DNA of 64,000 nt from Sulfurimonas sp. (GCA_041654255.1 JBAZDX010000008.1:7210-71209); one strand, 5' to 3'. Shown: positions 27,265-36,283, numbered from the stretch's first letter. Made by a program: numbers and translations. The notes: generated by a model not told the origin, from the sequence alone.

Positions 27265-28440
27265 GTGCAAGCACTCTTGAGTAATGAGAATACATTACTC
27301 ATGTATGATGAAGCTGAAGATATTTTTGAGAGTAGTGGTGGCTCTTTTTTTGCACCGCGTCAAAGACAAAAAGACAAAGCGTGGATAAACCGTATATTAG
27401 AATCTAACACTATCCCTACGATTTGGATTACAAACAACGTTGAGAGCGTAGACAGCGCTATTGTTAGGCGCTTTGATATGAGCATAGAGGTTCCCATCCC
27501 TCCTAAAAAAACAAGAGTTGAGATTATTAAAAAATATAGCGAAAATATGTTGGATGAAAAAACACTCCAGATGCTGGCGGCAAATGAAAATATCTCTCCT
27601 GCGGTCATCTCAAGCGCGACAAAGGTAGTGGGCAGTTTACAAAATGCTAATCAAGCGGAAGCATTTACGCACCTGCTTAACAACACGCTAAAAGCGCAAG
27701 GATATAGTGAGATCAATAAAAACAGCGGTGTATTGCTTCCAAGTAACTACAATCCTGCATTTATTAACACTACTACAGACCTAAATGCACTGGCATCTGG
27801 CATAAAAGAGAACAAAAATGCGCGTCTATGTCTTTATGGACCTGCGGGAACAGGTAAGAGTGCATTTGGCAAATATATAGCAGAGGTAATTGAGCAGCCT
27901 ATTCTTTTAAAAAAAGGTAGTGACTTGATCTCTAAATGGGTGGGTCAAACTGAGCAAAATATAGCAAGAGCGTTTCAAGAGGCAAAAGATGAAAAAGCAG
28001 TGCTTGTTTTTGATGAAGTAGATACTTTTTTAGCCGATAGAGAGAGTGCAAAAGCAAGTTGGGAGATAACGCAGGTTAATGAGATGCTTGTACAGATGGA
28101 AAACTTTGATGGGGTGTTTATTGCCACGACAAACCTGATGGACAATCTCGACCGTGCTAGCCTAAGACGCTTTGACCTAAAACTTGAGTTTGGGTACCTG
28201 CAACCAAAACAGGCATGGGAGATGTTCTGCTCTTATGCAAAAGAACTGGGACTTGCTAAACCTCACATGAGTTTTCAAAGCCAAATAGGTTATTTGAGTT
28301 ATCTCACTCCAGGTGATTTTGCGGCGGTGATGCGTCAAAACAGATTTAGACCCATAAAAGATGTGGGAAGTTTTGTAGAGAGACTTAAAGAGGAGGTTGC
28401 CGTTAAAAATACGGTTGGGAAGAAGATGGGGTTTTTGTAA
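27265..28440 (+). CDS. AAA+ ATPase with domain 1 truncated and domain 2 intact
   Basis: It begins at the Walker B of domain 1, 'LLMYDEAEDIF'. Domain 2 is complete, with 'LYGPAGTGKS', 'VLVFDEVD' and 'ATTNLMDNLDRASLRRFD'. Confidence 0.8.
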   Translation: MQALLSNENTLLMYDEAEDIFESSGGSFFAPRQRQKDKAWINRILESNTIPTIWITNNVESVDSAIVRRFDMSIEVPIPPKKTRVEIIKKYSENMLDEKTLQMLAANENISPAVISSATKVVGSLQNANQAEAFTHLLNNTLKAQGYSEINKNSGVLLPSNYNPAFINTTTDLNALASGIKENKNARLCLYGPAGTGKSAFGKYIAEVIEQPILLKKGSDLISKWVGQTEQNIARAFQEAKDEKAVLVFDEVDTFLADRESAKASWEITQVNEMLVQMENFDGVFIATTNLMDNLDRASLRRFDLKLEFGYLQPKQAWEMFCSYAKELGLAKPHMSFQSQIGYLSYLTPGDFAAVMRQNRFRPIKDVGSFVERLKEEVAVKNTVGKKMGFL

Positions 28441-28453
28441 GATGGACAGTAAA

Positions 28454-28489
28454 ACAAGACATAAAGTTGTCGCATGTATGAAGTAGACT
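28454..28489 (+). promoter_or_regulatory. Island box copy 2 (variant ACAAGACATAAAGTTGTC-N12-TAGACT)
   Basis: The box has 2 mismatches and starts 13 nt after the AAA+ stop codon. The ATG at 28515 lies 25 nt after the hexamer. Confidence 0.45.
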
Positions 28490-28514
28490 ATCATTAAAAT
28501 ATAAAGGATAGTTT

Positions 28515-29180
28515 ATGGAAAGAAGAAACTTTTTTAAATTTGTTGTTGCAATATATGGACTGTTTGGCATAAGTGCAAATGCTAAAGAAGCCAAGCAAGT
28601 TAAGCACATAAATTCACCAACAATGGATAAGTTATGTATTATTGGAATTGGTGGAGGAGGCACTAACATTGTAAAAGAGATATTAAAACTAGATAATACA
28701 CATATACCCATCTATCTTAGCAGTGACTATGACTTACTTAATCAAAAAAAGTCTAAACATCAGATTATGTTGGGTTGGAAAGAAAAATCAGGGCTAGGTT
28801 GTGGAGGTAACGCGGAATATGGAAAAAGTCTAGTAAATAATGACATAAAAAACAAACTTAACGAACTGACCAAATCCATGGAGACAGTTTATGTCATATC
28901 GTCGCTGGGAGGTGGAATTGGAAGTGGAGTCACTCCAGAAATTGTAGAGCACTTAAAAACCTTGAATAAAAAAGTTATAGCGTTTGTAACCATTCCCTTT
29001 AGTTTTGAAGGAAAGAAACGAATGGCTGTAGCAAATAATTCAATGATAAAAATAAAAGAATATTCAGATACTCTTGTTATTTTTAATAACGATTCTTTAC
29101 TTAGTGATGCTAAAGGCAGAGGTGTTAAAGATACTTTTAAATTAACATCGGGAACATTTTATAGAATGATGAAGTCTTAA
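28515..29180 (+). CDS. FtsZ/tubulin-like GTP-binding domain protein with an N-terminal twin-arginine-type signal sequence
   Basis: 'IGIGGGGTN', 'GLGCGGNAEYG', 'SLGGGIGSGVTP' and 'TIPFSFEGKKR' parallel the FtsZ G-box, T4 signature and H5-S6 motifs. The protein ends before the T7 loop and C-terminal domain. The N-terminus is 'MERRNFFKFVVAIYGLFGISANA'. Confidence 0.7.
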   Translation: MERRNFFKFVVAIYGLFGISANAKEAKQVKHINSPTMDKLCIIGIGGGGTNIVKEILKLDNTHIPIYLSSDYDLLNQKKSKHQIMLGWKEKSGLGCGGNAEYGKSLVNNDIKNKLNELTKSMETVYVISSLGGGIGSGVTPEIVEHLKTLNKKVIAFVTIPFSFEGKKRMAVANNSMIKIKEYSDTLVIFNNDSLLSDAKGRGVKDTFKLTSGTFYRMMKS

Positions 29181-29183
29181 AAG

Positions 29184-30410
29184 ATGAATGAAGAAGATAT
29201 ATTAAACGAGATTATTAACAATCCGTTTATAACAGAAGAAGGTGATGAACGATATCTAACAGACAAAGATTTTATGTTTTACGCTTGCAAAAAATATAGT
29301 TGGGTATTTGAATATGCAGGCGCGGAATTAAAAGCCGATAAAGAGTTCTTGCTTGAAGTTATGAAATATTCTTCTTCTTGTTTTCGGTGGATAAATAGAG
29401 TGTTAAAAAGAGATAGACAATTTGTGCTTAAAGCAGTAAGAACAAATGGTTTGATTTTAGAATACACTCTTAAAAAATCAAAAATGGATAGAGAGATTGT
29501 ACTTGAAGCAGTTAAAGAAAATGGTAACGCTTTACTGTTTGCTCACAAAAAATTTTTATCTGATAAGGAAATAGTTCTAGAGGCGGTAAAAAATACTATT
29601 AGTTCCTACTACTGCTTAGATAAAGCATCCTGTTCAAGCGTCACAGGTTCATATGTAAAGTATTCTCAATCGTTAGGTGTAGCTTGTGAAAAGTTGAGAG
29701 CTGATAAAGATGTCGTGTTGGAAGCTGTCAAAAGTAATGCTTGCGCTTTAGAATATGCCAGTGATGCATTAAGAGATGATATGGAAATTGTATTTGAAGC
29801 CGTTAAGAAAGATGGCAGCGCTTTGGAATATGCCAGCGATAGATTAAAGGCTAATAAAGAGATTGTCTTTGAAGCAGTACAAAACGACATATACTCTTTA
29901 ACGCACGCAAGTATAGCATTGTTGCTTGATCAAGAGTTTATTTTTAAAGTAAGTGAAACAATTGGGATTGGTGTAGAGTTTCTAAGTAGTGGGTCCATAG
30001 AAGATTTAAACGATGCAGAGGCTATGCTCGAATCAGCTAAAAATAGTGGCACTGATATATATACTGCTAGCAAAGAGTTGAAAGATGATAAAGCATTTGT
30101 GCTCATGGCCGTCACAAACGACGCTTGCTCTTTAGAATACGCAAGCGAGTACATAAGAGCTGACAAGGAAATAGTATTGGCAGCTATATCTAATAATGGC
30201 TTAGCTTTACAATACGCTAGCGAAGCATTGAAAGTGGATAAAGAAGTAGTACTAAAAGCTGTCAAAAACAATGGTCTGGCTTTACAATATGCAAGTAAAA
30301 TATTACGGGTTGACAAAGATATTATCTATATAGCCGTTAAAAATAATATATTAGCAAAACGATTTATTTTTGGTATGTCACCTATACAAGCAAAAAATAA
30401 AATGCAATAG
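29184..30410 (+). CDS. DUF4116 repeat protein
   Basis: It has about 10 tandem ~33 aa units of the form 'DKEIVLEAVK.NG.AL.YAS..L..'. Confidence 0.75.
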   Translation: MNEEDILNEIINNPFITEEGDERYLTDKDFMFYACKKYSWVFEYAGAELKADKEFLLEVMKYSSSCFRWINRVLKRDRQFVLKAVRTNGLILEYTLKKSKMDREIVLEAVKENGNALLFAHKKFLSDKEIVLEAVKNTISSYYCLDKASCSSVTGSYVKYSQSLGVACEKLRADKDVVLEAVKSNACALEYASDALRDDMEIVFEAVKKDGSALEYASDRLKANKEIVFEAVQNDIYSLTHASIALLLDQEFIFKVSETIGIGVEFLSSGSIEDLNDAEAMLESAKNSGTDIYTASKELKDDKAFVLMAVTNDACSLEYASEYIRADKEIVLAAISNNGLALQYASEALKVDKEVVLKAVKNNGLALQYASKILRVDKDIIYIAVKNNILAKRFIFGMSPIQAKNKMQ

Positions 30411-30455
30411 TACATATTAGATATAATAAAAAATAAACTTTAAGGAACTCTATAA

Positions 30456-31238
30456 ATGCAAGCAAAAAAAGAAATTATTTTGCAAAACAGTCTTGATGAA
30501 CTGTATGTAAATGTACTAAATAAAGAAAAGCTAAATAAAGAATTTGGAGACGATACTAGTGTGCTTTCTGCTCCATTCTTAATTAATGTGCCACAAACAT
30601 ATGCTACGGCAAACAAAAAGGTTTTATATATTGGTAAAGAAACTAATATTTGGTGGGGCAAATTAAAGCATTTTATTGATTATGATGACTCAATTGATAT
30701 TTTAAAACAAAGATATACTGCTGAATTTGAAGGAGGGTCTGTAACGCAGTCAAAAGATCCTCTTGGAAAACCAAAAGAGTATATAGGAGAGGATTGGAAA
30801 AATAATGCATTTTTTTCTAAATATAAATACTTTCGAGAGAATATAATCGGGGCTTCAGTCCTTTGGACAAATCTTTTAAAAATGGACGATGGAGGCAAAG
30901 GCTATGCAAAAAACTCAATTCATAACCAAAAAGTAAAAGAATATTCAAAAAATATTCTTTTGCAGGAGATAGAAATTTTAAAACCTGATATTATAATTTT
31001 TGTAACAGCGACCTCTACAAATTTAAAAAAGTATGACGATGCAATAAAAAATACATTTGATAATAATTTTCAAAAGTCAAAGGTTTGTGAACCAAAACAA
31101 TTGTGGATTTTTGAATATGATGGCATAAAATGTTATAGAACACTCCATCCGCTCAGTCATCAATTTAGAAAACTAGAACGAGATTATTATAAAGAGATAG
31201 CGGAAGATATTAACAATGGATTTCCTCTGTTTAAATAA
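30456..31238 (+). CDS. Hypothetical protein (weak resemblance to the uracil-DNA glycosylase superfamily)
   Basis: 'VLYIGKETN' and the late 'TLHPLSH' loosely resemble UDG motifs A and B. The family assignment is low confidence. Confidence 0.45.
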   Translation: MQAKKEIILQNSLDELYVNVLNKEKLNKEFGDDTSVLSAPFLINVPQTYATANKKVLYIGKETNIWWGKLKHFIDYDDSIDILKQRYTAEFEGGSVTQSKDPLGKPKEYIGEDWKNNAFFSKYKYFRENIIGASVLWTNLLKMDDGGKGYAKNSIHNQKVKEYSKNILLQEIEILKPDIIIFVTATSTNLKKYDDAIKNTFDNNFQKSKVCEPKQLWIFEYDGIKCYRTLHPLSHQFRKLERDYYKEIAEDINNGFPLFK

Positions 31239-31314
31239 AAAACTATAAGTGATGAGGAGTAACTAATATTAAAGTTTGGTATAAATATTTTGAAGAAAGG
31301 CTAAATAAATATAA

Positions 31315-31911
31315 ATGAAAATACTCCACACTACTGATTTACATTTCAATAAACATTGGTTTGATTGGATAGCTACTCAACAAAACAGCTATGATATTTT
31401 TTGTATTACCGGTGATTTTTTGGAAAGCTTAAAAGAAGAAATTTTAGGTGAGCAAATAGCGTGGATAACAGAGTGGATGAAAAATTTTCAAAAACCTCTT
31501 TTTGTGTGCAGTGGGAATCACGACATAGAGGAGCTTGATAATGAAGATTGGCTATCAAAAATCTCAAATGTTTATAGTGACAATACTATCAAAACCATAA
31601 ATGGCATTAAGTTTGGATGTGTACCTTATATAGCGCCTGATTTTATAGATTTTGATGAATGTGAAGTTATTTTGTGTCATTTGCCACCGGCATTGTCAAA
31701 AACTGCTTTGCACTGCACAACAAAAGCCGATTGGGGAGACAAAGAGATAGCAAGACTACTTCAAAAAGAGATATTAAGACCAAAAGTACTTTTATGCGGA
31801 CATATGCATTACCCACAAGCAACTACAGACTGGATAAAAAATACCATTATCTATAATCCTGGGGTTGATAAGACAAAAACAGTTCCTCTTCATCATATTA
31901 TAGAAATTTGA
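31315..31911 (+). CDS. Calcineurin-like metallophosphoesterase
   Basis: It has 'ILHTTDLHF', 'ITGDF', 'CSGNHD' and 'LCGHMH'. Confidence 0.8.
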   Translation: MKILHTTDLHFNKHWFDWIATQQNSYDIFCITGDFLESLKEEILGEQIAWITEWMKNFQKPLFVCSGNHDIEELDNEDWLSKISNVYSDNTIKTINGIKFGCVPYIAPDFIDFDECEVILCHLPPALSKTALHCTTKADWGDKEIARLLQKEILRPKVLLCGHMHYPQATTDWIKNTIIYNPGVDKTKTVPLHHIIEI

Positions 31912-31920
31912 GTAAACTTA

Positions 31921-31956
31921 ACCAGACATAAAGCTGTCCATATAAACTATTATACT
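31921..31956 (+). promoter_or_regulatory. Island box copy 3 (perfect box-N12-TATACT)
   Basis: It starts 9 nt after the preceding stop codon. AGGAG and the ATG at 31981 lie 24 nt after the hexamer. Confidence 0.5.
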
Positions 31957-31980
31957 TCTAAATAAACTTAGGAGTCAAAA

Positions 31981-32697
31981 ATGAATAAAGTTAAAATAAA
32001 AGATATAGCGGATGAGCTAGGAGTAAGCACTAAAGAGGTGTTACATAGAGCTGTTTTGATGTCTATAGATGTTAAATCTATAAGAAGCACTGTTTCACTT
32101 GAAAATGCACAAAAAATATTTGATGCAATAATATATAATCAACAACCTGGCGCAGATAATCTAGATAGTTTGTTTTATAAAAGCAAAAATCTTAATATTT
32201 ACCTATCTGAAAATAGTGTTGATATGATTTTTTTAAATAATATATCATTGCCATACATCGACCAAGGTATGGACAACTTTTTGCTATTTAGTTACAACTT
32301 TTCTGACGATAGACTTCAAGAACTATACTCTATGTCGCTGGATAAATTGAATATTGAAAAGTATTTAAAAAAGAAATTTGACGACAGTGATTTTAAAAAC
32401 TTAGCAGAAAGTGTTAAAAGCTTTTCTAATGATTTTGATATAAGTTTCATAGATAATAAACCGCTTGATAATCTAAAACTATATTGTAGAAAATTTAAGC
32501 CTCAATTAATATCTATAGAAGGAATAGATTTTTCATTTATTGAAAACAACAACTTTGAAATTTTTAATACTATCAAAGAAATGACGCTATTTGGTATAAA
32601 GTTTGAATTGGGCATAGTTAATGTAAGTATAAATAAAAAAGACATATTTAGAAATAAACTTAATAATCTTTTTGAGACCGTTTGTTCACCTCGTTAA
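31981..32697 (+). CDS. Hypothetical protein with an IF2_N-like N-terminal helix motif
   Basis: 'KIKDIADELGVSTKEVLHRAV' resembles the IF-2 N-terminal motif. The rest of the protein is unassigned. Confidence 0.5.
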   Translation: MNKVKIKDIADELGVSTKEVLHRAVLMSIDVKSIRSTVSLENAQKIFDAIIYNQQPGADNLDSLFYKSKNLNIYLSENSVDMIFLNNISLPYIDQGMDNFLLFSYNFSDDRLQELYSMSLDKLNIEKYLKKKFDDSDFKNLAESVKSFSNDFDISFIDNKPLDNLKLYCRKFKPQLISIEGIDFSFIENNNFEIFNTIKEMTLFGIKFELGIVNVSINKKDIFRNKLNNLFETVCSPR

Positions 32698-32791
32698 AAA
32701 TAGCTTAAATTAATCAGCTCAGAGGTATCAATGAAAAAGAAGCAGTAATGGATTTGGCAACATCCTAAGTATCCAAAATTTTTCCACCAAA

Positions 32792-32827
32792 ACCAGACAT
32801 AAAGCTGTCAATGAAATATTTTATACT
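32792..32827 (+). promoter_or_regulatory. Island box copy 4 (perfect box-N12-TATACT)
   Basis: The listed ATG at 32811 lies inside the box-to-hexamer spacer. By analogy with the other copies, the real start is the ATG at 32853. Confidence 0.5.
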
Positions 32828-32852
32828 ACCTATATCAAAACAAAGGGCGCAT

Positions 32853-33542
32853 ATGTTATTTGATGAAATCGTATTTATAGTAGAGACTATTTTACATGAA
32901 GGTCTTGAGCAGACAAAGCAAACAAGAAAGGCAGGATATCTATATCAAAACAAGTACATGTGCCGTGCAGGTTATGATTTGTATCTTGTTATTGAGTCTA
33001 TCTATGGTGCTATGAAACTTTCGTTAAAACACTATTTTCCTCATAATTATGAAGTTCTGTGTGAGGGAACGAAGAGCTTTTCGTCGCCAAAAGAGAAGTG
33101 GGAATATTTTACTAATGAAGATTTCAGCTACCTTACAAAAGTGATGATAAAGTTTTTAAAAATAGCACAGAGTTATCATAATTCATTTATCTCAATTAGT
33201 TATGGAGGAAATTTGGAAGAATTTTTTGGATGTAAAAACCAGTGGCAAGAGCTTTTTTCTAAAACATATTGTTCCGGTAAAATAGAGAACGATATGTTAA
33301 AAGTAAGTTATTTGCTATGGGCAAAACCGCTAGAGAGAAAGGAGTGGGATAGTAGAGCGATACACCAAGAGCCTGTCTTCATTGTTTATGATATCTCAAG
33401 CTTAGAAAAACGCAAAGAGATAGAGAAGCTTGCACAGCAAAATATACAAAAAATTCAAATCATTATGCGAGAGCTAAAAGATTTTATGCTTAAACACTGC
33501 ACACTTCAAGAGATGCTTGAAAACAGAGAGCTACAGCGATAA
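32853..33542 (+). CDS. Hypothetical protein
   Basis: The ORF has been re-started at Met15 (32853), which is preceded by AAGGG. I recognise no family. Confidence 0.5.
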   Translation: MLFDEIVFIVETILHEGLEQTKQTRKAGYLYQNKYMCRAGYDLYLVIESIYGAMKLSLKHYFPHNYEVLCEGTKSFSSPKEKWEYFTNEDFSYLTKVMIKFLKIAQSYHNSFISISYGGNLEEFFGCKNQWQELFSKTYCSGKIENDMLKVSYLLWAKPLERKEWDSRAIHQEPVFIVYDISSLEKRKEIEKLAQQNIQKIQIIMRELKDFMLKHCTLQEMLENRELQR

Positions 33543-33559
33543 AAGAGAGGAAGATAGAG

Positions 33560-34387
33560 ATGATAGAAGAAGCAAAAAAAATCATTGACGCAGCAGATGC
33601 TATTCTCATCACTGCTGGTGCCGGAATGGGTGTGGATAGCGGCTTGCCTGATTTTAGAGGAAAAGAGGGCTTTTGGAGGGCATATCCTGCTGCTAGAGAG
33701 CTAGGAATTAGTTTTTCTCAGATGGCAAACCCCAGCTGGTTTAAGAGTGACCCAAAGCTAGCATGGGCATTTTACGGACATAGGTTGCATCTCTACCGCG
33801 ATACGAATCCTCATATTGGATTTGCGATATTGCAAGAACTGGTTCAAGCTAAAAATCAAAACTATTTTATCAATACTTCCAATGTTGATGGACAATTTCA
33901 AAAGGCAGGCTTTGATGAAAAAAAGATTGTTGAAGTGCATGGAAGCATTCACTTTGTTCAATGCAGTGGACACTGCAAGGGGATAGAGAGTGCTGAATAT
34001 ATCGAAGTTGCTATAGATATGCAAAAATTTGAAGCACTGAGCATCCCTTTGTGTCCACGATGCAGCGAAGTGATGCGTCCAAATATTTTAATGTTTGGAG
34101 ATTGGACTTGGTGGCAGAACCGTACAGATGCTCAAGAGCAAAGGTATAAAAAATGGCTCAAAGAGAATTTTTCAAAAAAAATAGCTGTTATTGAACTAGG
34201 GGCTGGCACAAATATTTCTACAATTAGGCTAGAAGGAGAGAGGATTGTTAAGAAATTTCCTGATGCAACTTTGATTCGAATAAATCCTAATGATTATGAG
34301 ATAGAAAGTACCAATGGTGTTAGCATGCCATACGGCGCAAAACATGCTTTAGAGTTGATTTTTAAAAAAACAGTGATTTTGAGATAA
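33560..34387 (+). CDS. SIR2-family NAD-dependent protein deacylase (sirtuin)
   Basis: It has 'ITAGAGMGVDSGLPDFRG', 'NVDG', 'HGS' and the Zn-ribbon cysteines 'CSGHC...CPRC'. Confidence 0.85.
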   Translation: MIEEAKKIIDAADAILITAGAGMGVDSGLPDFRGKEGFWRAYPAARELGISFSQMANPSWFKSDPKLAWAFYGHRLHLYRDTNPHIGFAILQELVQAKNQNYFINTSNVDGQFQKAGFDEKKIVEVHGSIHFVQCSGHCKGIESAEYIEVAIDMQKFEALSIPLCPRCSEVMRPNILMFGDWTWWQNRTDAQEQRYKKWLKENFSKKIAVIELGAGTNISTIRLEGERIVKKFPDATLIRINPNDYEIESTNGVSMPYGAKHALELIFKKTVILR

Positions 34388-34403
34388 GGATAAGGGAAGA
34401 AAA

Positions 34404-34862
34404 ATGGGTTATATATACTATGATTATGAATTTAAAACTGATGAGTTTAAAAAAAAGTATCTATATTTTTTGCAACATATAGATGAAGAGATACGTCTTT
34501 TTTATCGTAAAAATGCATCAATGCTACAAATATTAATAACATACAAAAAACTATTTGGTATGACACCCATCTCTTTAAGAAGTAGAAGTGACAAAGAAGC
34601 GATAGAACATAGAAATTTTGTTTTATATCTGTTAGTGTATTTCTCTAAAGAATCATTTACAAGCATTACAGAATATTTCAATGTTAGTGAAGAGTTTTTG
34701 CAAAAAATGAGAGACGATGATAGTTTGCATACAATATATGAAGAGAAAACAAAACTATTTTTTGACCTTCATAGAGAAGAATATATACTTAACAAAAAAG
34801 CCCAAATTGCATTAGCGGAAGAAATAAGTATGACATTGCGTATTGAATGCAAAAAAAAGTAA
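34404..34862 (+). CDS. Hypothetical protein (possible DnaA-C-like HTH)
   Basis: 'SRSDKEAIEHRNFVLYLLVYFSKESFTSITEYF' loosely resembles the DnaA domain IV pattern. Confidence in this resemblance is low. Confidence 0.45.
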   Translation: MGYIYYDYEFKTDEFKKKYLYFLQHIDEEIRLFYRKNASMLQILITYKKLFGMTPISLRSRSDKEAIEHRNFVLYLLVYFSKESFTSITEYFNVSEEFLQKMRDDDSLHTIYEEKTKLFFDLHREEYILNKKAQIALAEEISMTLRIECKKK

Positions 34863-34898
34863 ACCAGACATAAAGCTGTCTAAAGCACTTCTTATACT
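34863..34898 (+). promoter_or_regulatory. Island box copy 5 (perfect box-N12-TATACT)
   Basis: The box abuts the TAA stop at 34860-34862. The ATG at 34931 lies 32 nt after the hexamer. Confidence 0.5.
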
Positions 34899-34930
34899 TC
34901 TACATATTAGAAGAAAAGGATTTTATTTAC

Positions 34931-35389
34931 ATGTTAACAACTCCGGAAAAAACACTGCAACTTTGGAAACTGAGCGATGAGCAAATAGCCAAAATTAAAT
35001 CTATCGCACAGAGATTCTTGGAACTTGAAAATATTATTAGACAAGAAAGCCAAAAGATAAAAAGCGCCTTGGATATAAGAGTATTAGACCAAGATGATTG
35101 GGTACAAGATTTTGAGATAGAAGCTACTATGACATGCTATATCAGTGAAAGTGATATTGATTATGATGTAGATGAAGATAATATCTTGTGTGTTGTTCCG
35201 GACTATAACATCAAGAACCAAAGAGATTGGAACGAGCAACTAGACTCAAGATTTGTTGGTAATTTTCACTGCGGAAGCTTTTGGTGGCTTTATAGTGCCA
35301 TGCAAATTTCATGGGAAAATATCTTGAGAATAGACTCTATTTATTTAGATCTAAATGTTGTGTATCAAAAAAATTTAAAAATACTATAA
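34931..35389 (+). CDS. Hypothetical protein
   Basis: It is a 152 aa ORF and the first gene after box 5. Confidence 0.45.
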   Translation: MLTTPEKTLQLWKLSDEQIAKIKSIAQRFLELENIIRQESQKIKSALDIRVLDQDDWVQDFEIEATMTCYISESDIDYDVDEDNILCVVPDYNIKNQRDWNEQLDSRFVGNFHCGSFWWLYSAMQISWENILRIDSIYLDLNVVYQKNLKIL

Positions 35390-35400
35390 AAGGACAATCG

Positions 35401-35763
35401 ATGCAGAAAATACTTAAAAATGTAGTTTTACTATCAGGCAGACCCGCAAGTGGAAAGACGCAGATATTGATAGCTTATGCAAACTATTATCCAGAGACGA
35501 CATTGTTTATCTCGAATGAAACTACAAGAGAACAACTTACGCAAAGAGGTTTAGATAAAAAGATTGCATACTGTACCGCCTTTGATAAAATTGATATAGC
35601 AAAGTTTGAGACAATTTGTATCGACTATTTAGAGTTGTTTGATAAGGATGCAATTATGCAGTTTATAACAAAAGCTCTCGAGAGTAACATAAGAGTTGTT
35701 GTTGCAACACAAATGAAACGAAATGGTGCAACAAATAATATATTTGAAAACATATCAGAGTGA
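35401..35763 (+). CDS. Small P-loop NTPase (RecA/DnaB-superfamily-like core)
   Basis: It has Walker A 'GRPASGKT' and a Walker B-like 'ICIDYLE'. The ATG at 35401 has AAAGGA upstream and is preferred over 35311, which overlaps the previous gene. Confidence 0.55.
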   Translation: MQKILKNVVLLSGRPASGKTQILIAYANYYPETTLFISNETTREQLTQRGLDKKIAYCTAFDKIDIAKFETICIDYLELFDKDAIMQFITKALESNIRVVVATQMKRNGATNNIFENISE

Positions 35764-35782
35764 AAAGAAGTGTTTCTTTGCA

Positions 35783-35836
35783 GTGCTGATGCGTCAAAAT
35801 AGATTTAGAGCGATTAAAAATGTGATGAGCTACTAA
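35783..35836 (+). pseudogene. 3'-end remnant of a second copy of the island AAA+ ATPase gene
   Basis: It translates to 'VLMRQNRFRAIKNVMSY*', which parallels 'AVMRQNRFRPIKDVGSF' at 28326-28376. The nucleotide similarity is visible by eye. Confidence 0.5.
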
Positions 35837-35968
35837 TAATTATTAAATAGCTCATATAGTGATACGATTACCATATGTAGCCCTATAGAAAAATAAATAT
35901 GCTATAATCTATCTTTTAAAATAGATAAAATATATTTAAACGGCTTAATTTATCTAAAAGGATATATT

Positions 35969-36283
35969 ATGATAGAGCTTATGAGTCCACATGAGATAGC
36001 TTCAGAGTTTGTACAAATCATAGAAAAAGAGCGTATCAGGCAGGATCTGAGACAAAAAGACCTCTTTGATGCAGCGGGCATCTCATCTTCTGCCTATGCA
36101 AAGTTTTTGAAAAATAAAAACACATCGTTTGAAAATATCATCAAACTTCTTGTGGCACTTGGGATGCACGCCAACATTCAAGGGCTTCTTTTTAGTCAAA
36201 AGTTTGCTTCAATAGAAGAGATTAGAGAGGCTAAAGCAAAAAAACGCAAACTTAGAGTAAAAAAGGCAAAAGATGCAAACTAA
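35969..36283 (+). CDS. HTH (XRE-type) antitoxin, HipB-like
   Basis: It has the HTH segment 'LRQKDLFDAAGISSSAYAKFLKN' and overlaps the hipA-like gene by 11 nt. Confidence 0.7.
   Translation: MIELMSPHEIASEFVQIIEKERIRQDLRQKDLFDAAGISSSAYAKFLKNKNTSFENIIKLLVALGMHANIQGLLFSQKFASIEEIREAKAKKRKLRVKKAKDAN

Noticed and set aside
29666-30316. Long antisense ORFs (29666-29890 and 29930-30316) opposite the DUF4116 gene, and similar shadow ORFs opposite the MCP (22096-22581), cmoB (42148-42510) and other genes
   Set aside because: These are repetitive, low-complexity translations that mirror the sense-strand repeats. They have no RBS or family signal, which is typical of shadow ORFs opposite real genes.
35311-35400. 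The listed upstream start (35311) of the small P-loop protein
   Set aside because: It overlaps the 3' end of the preceding ORF by 79 nt. The ATG at 35401 has an AAAGGA RBS and immediately precedes the Walker A region.
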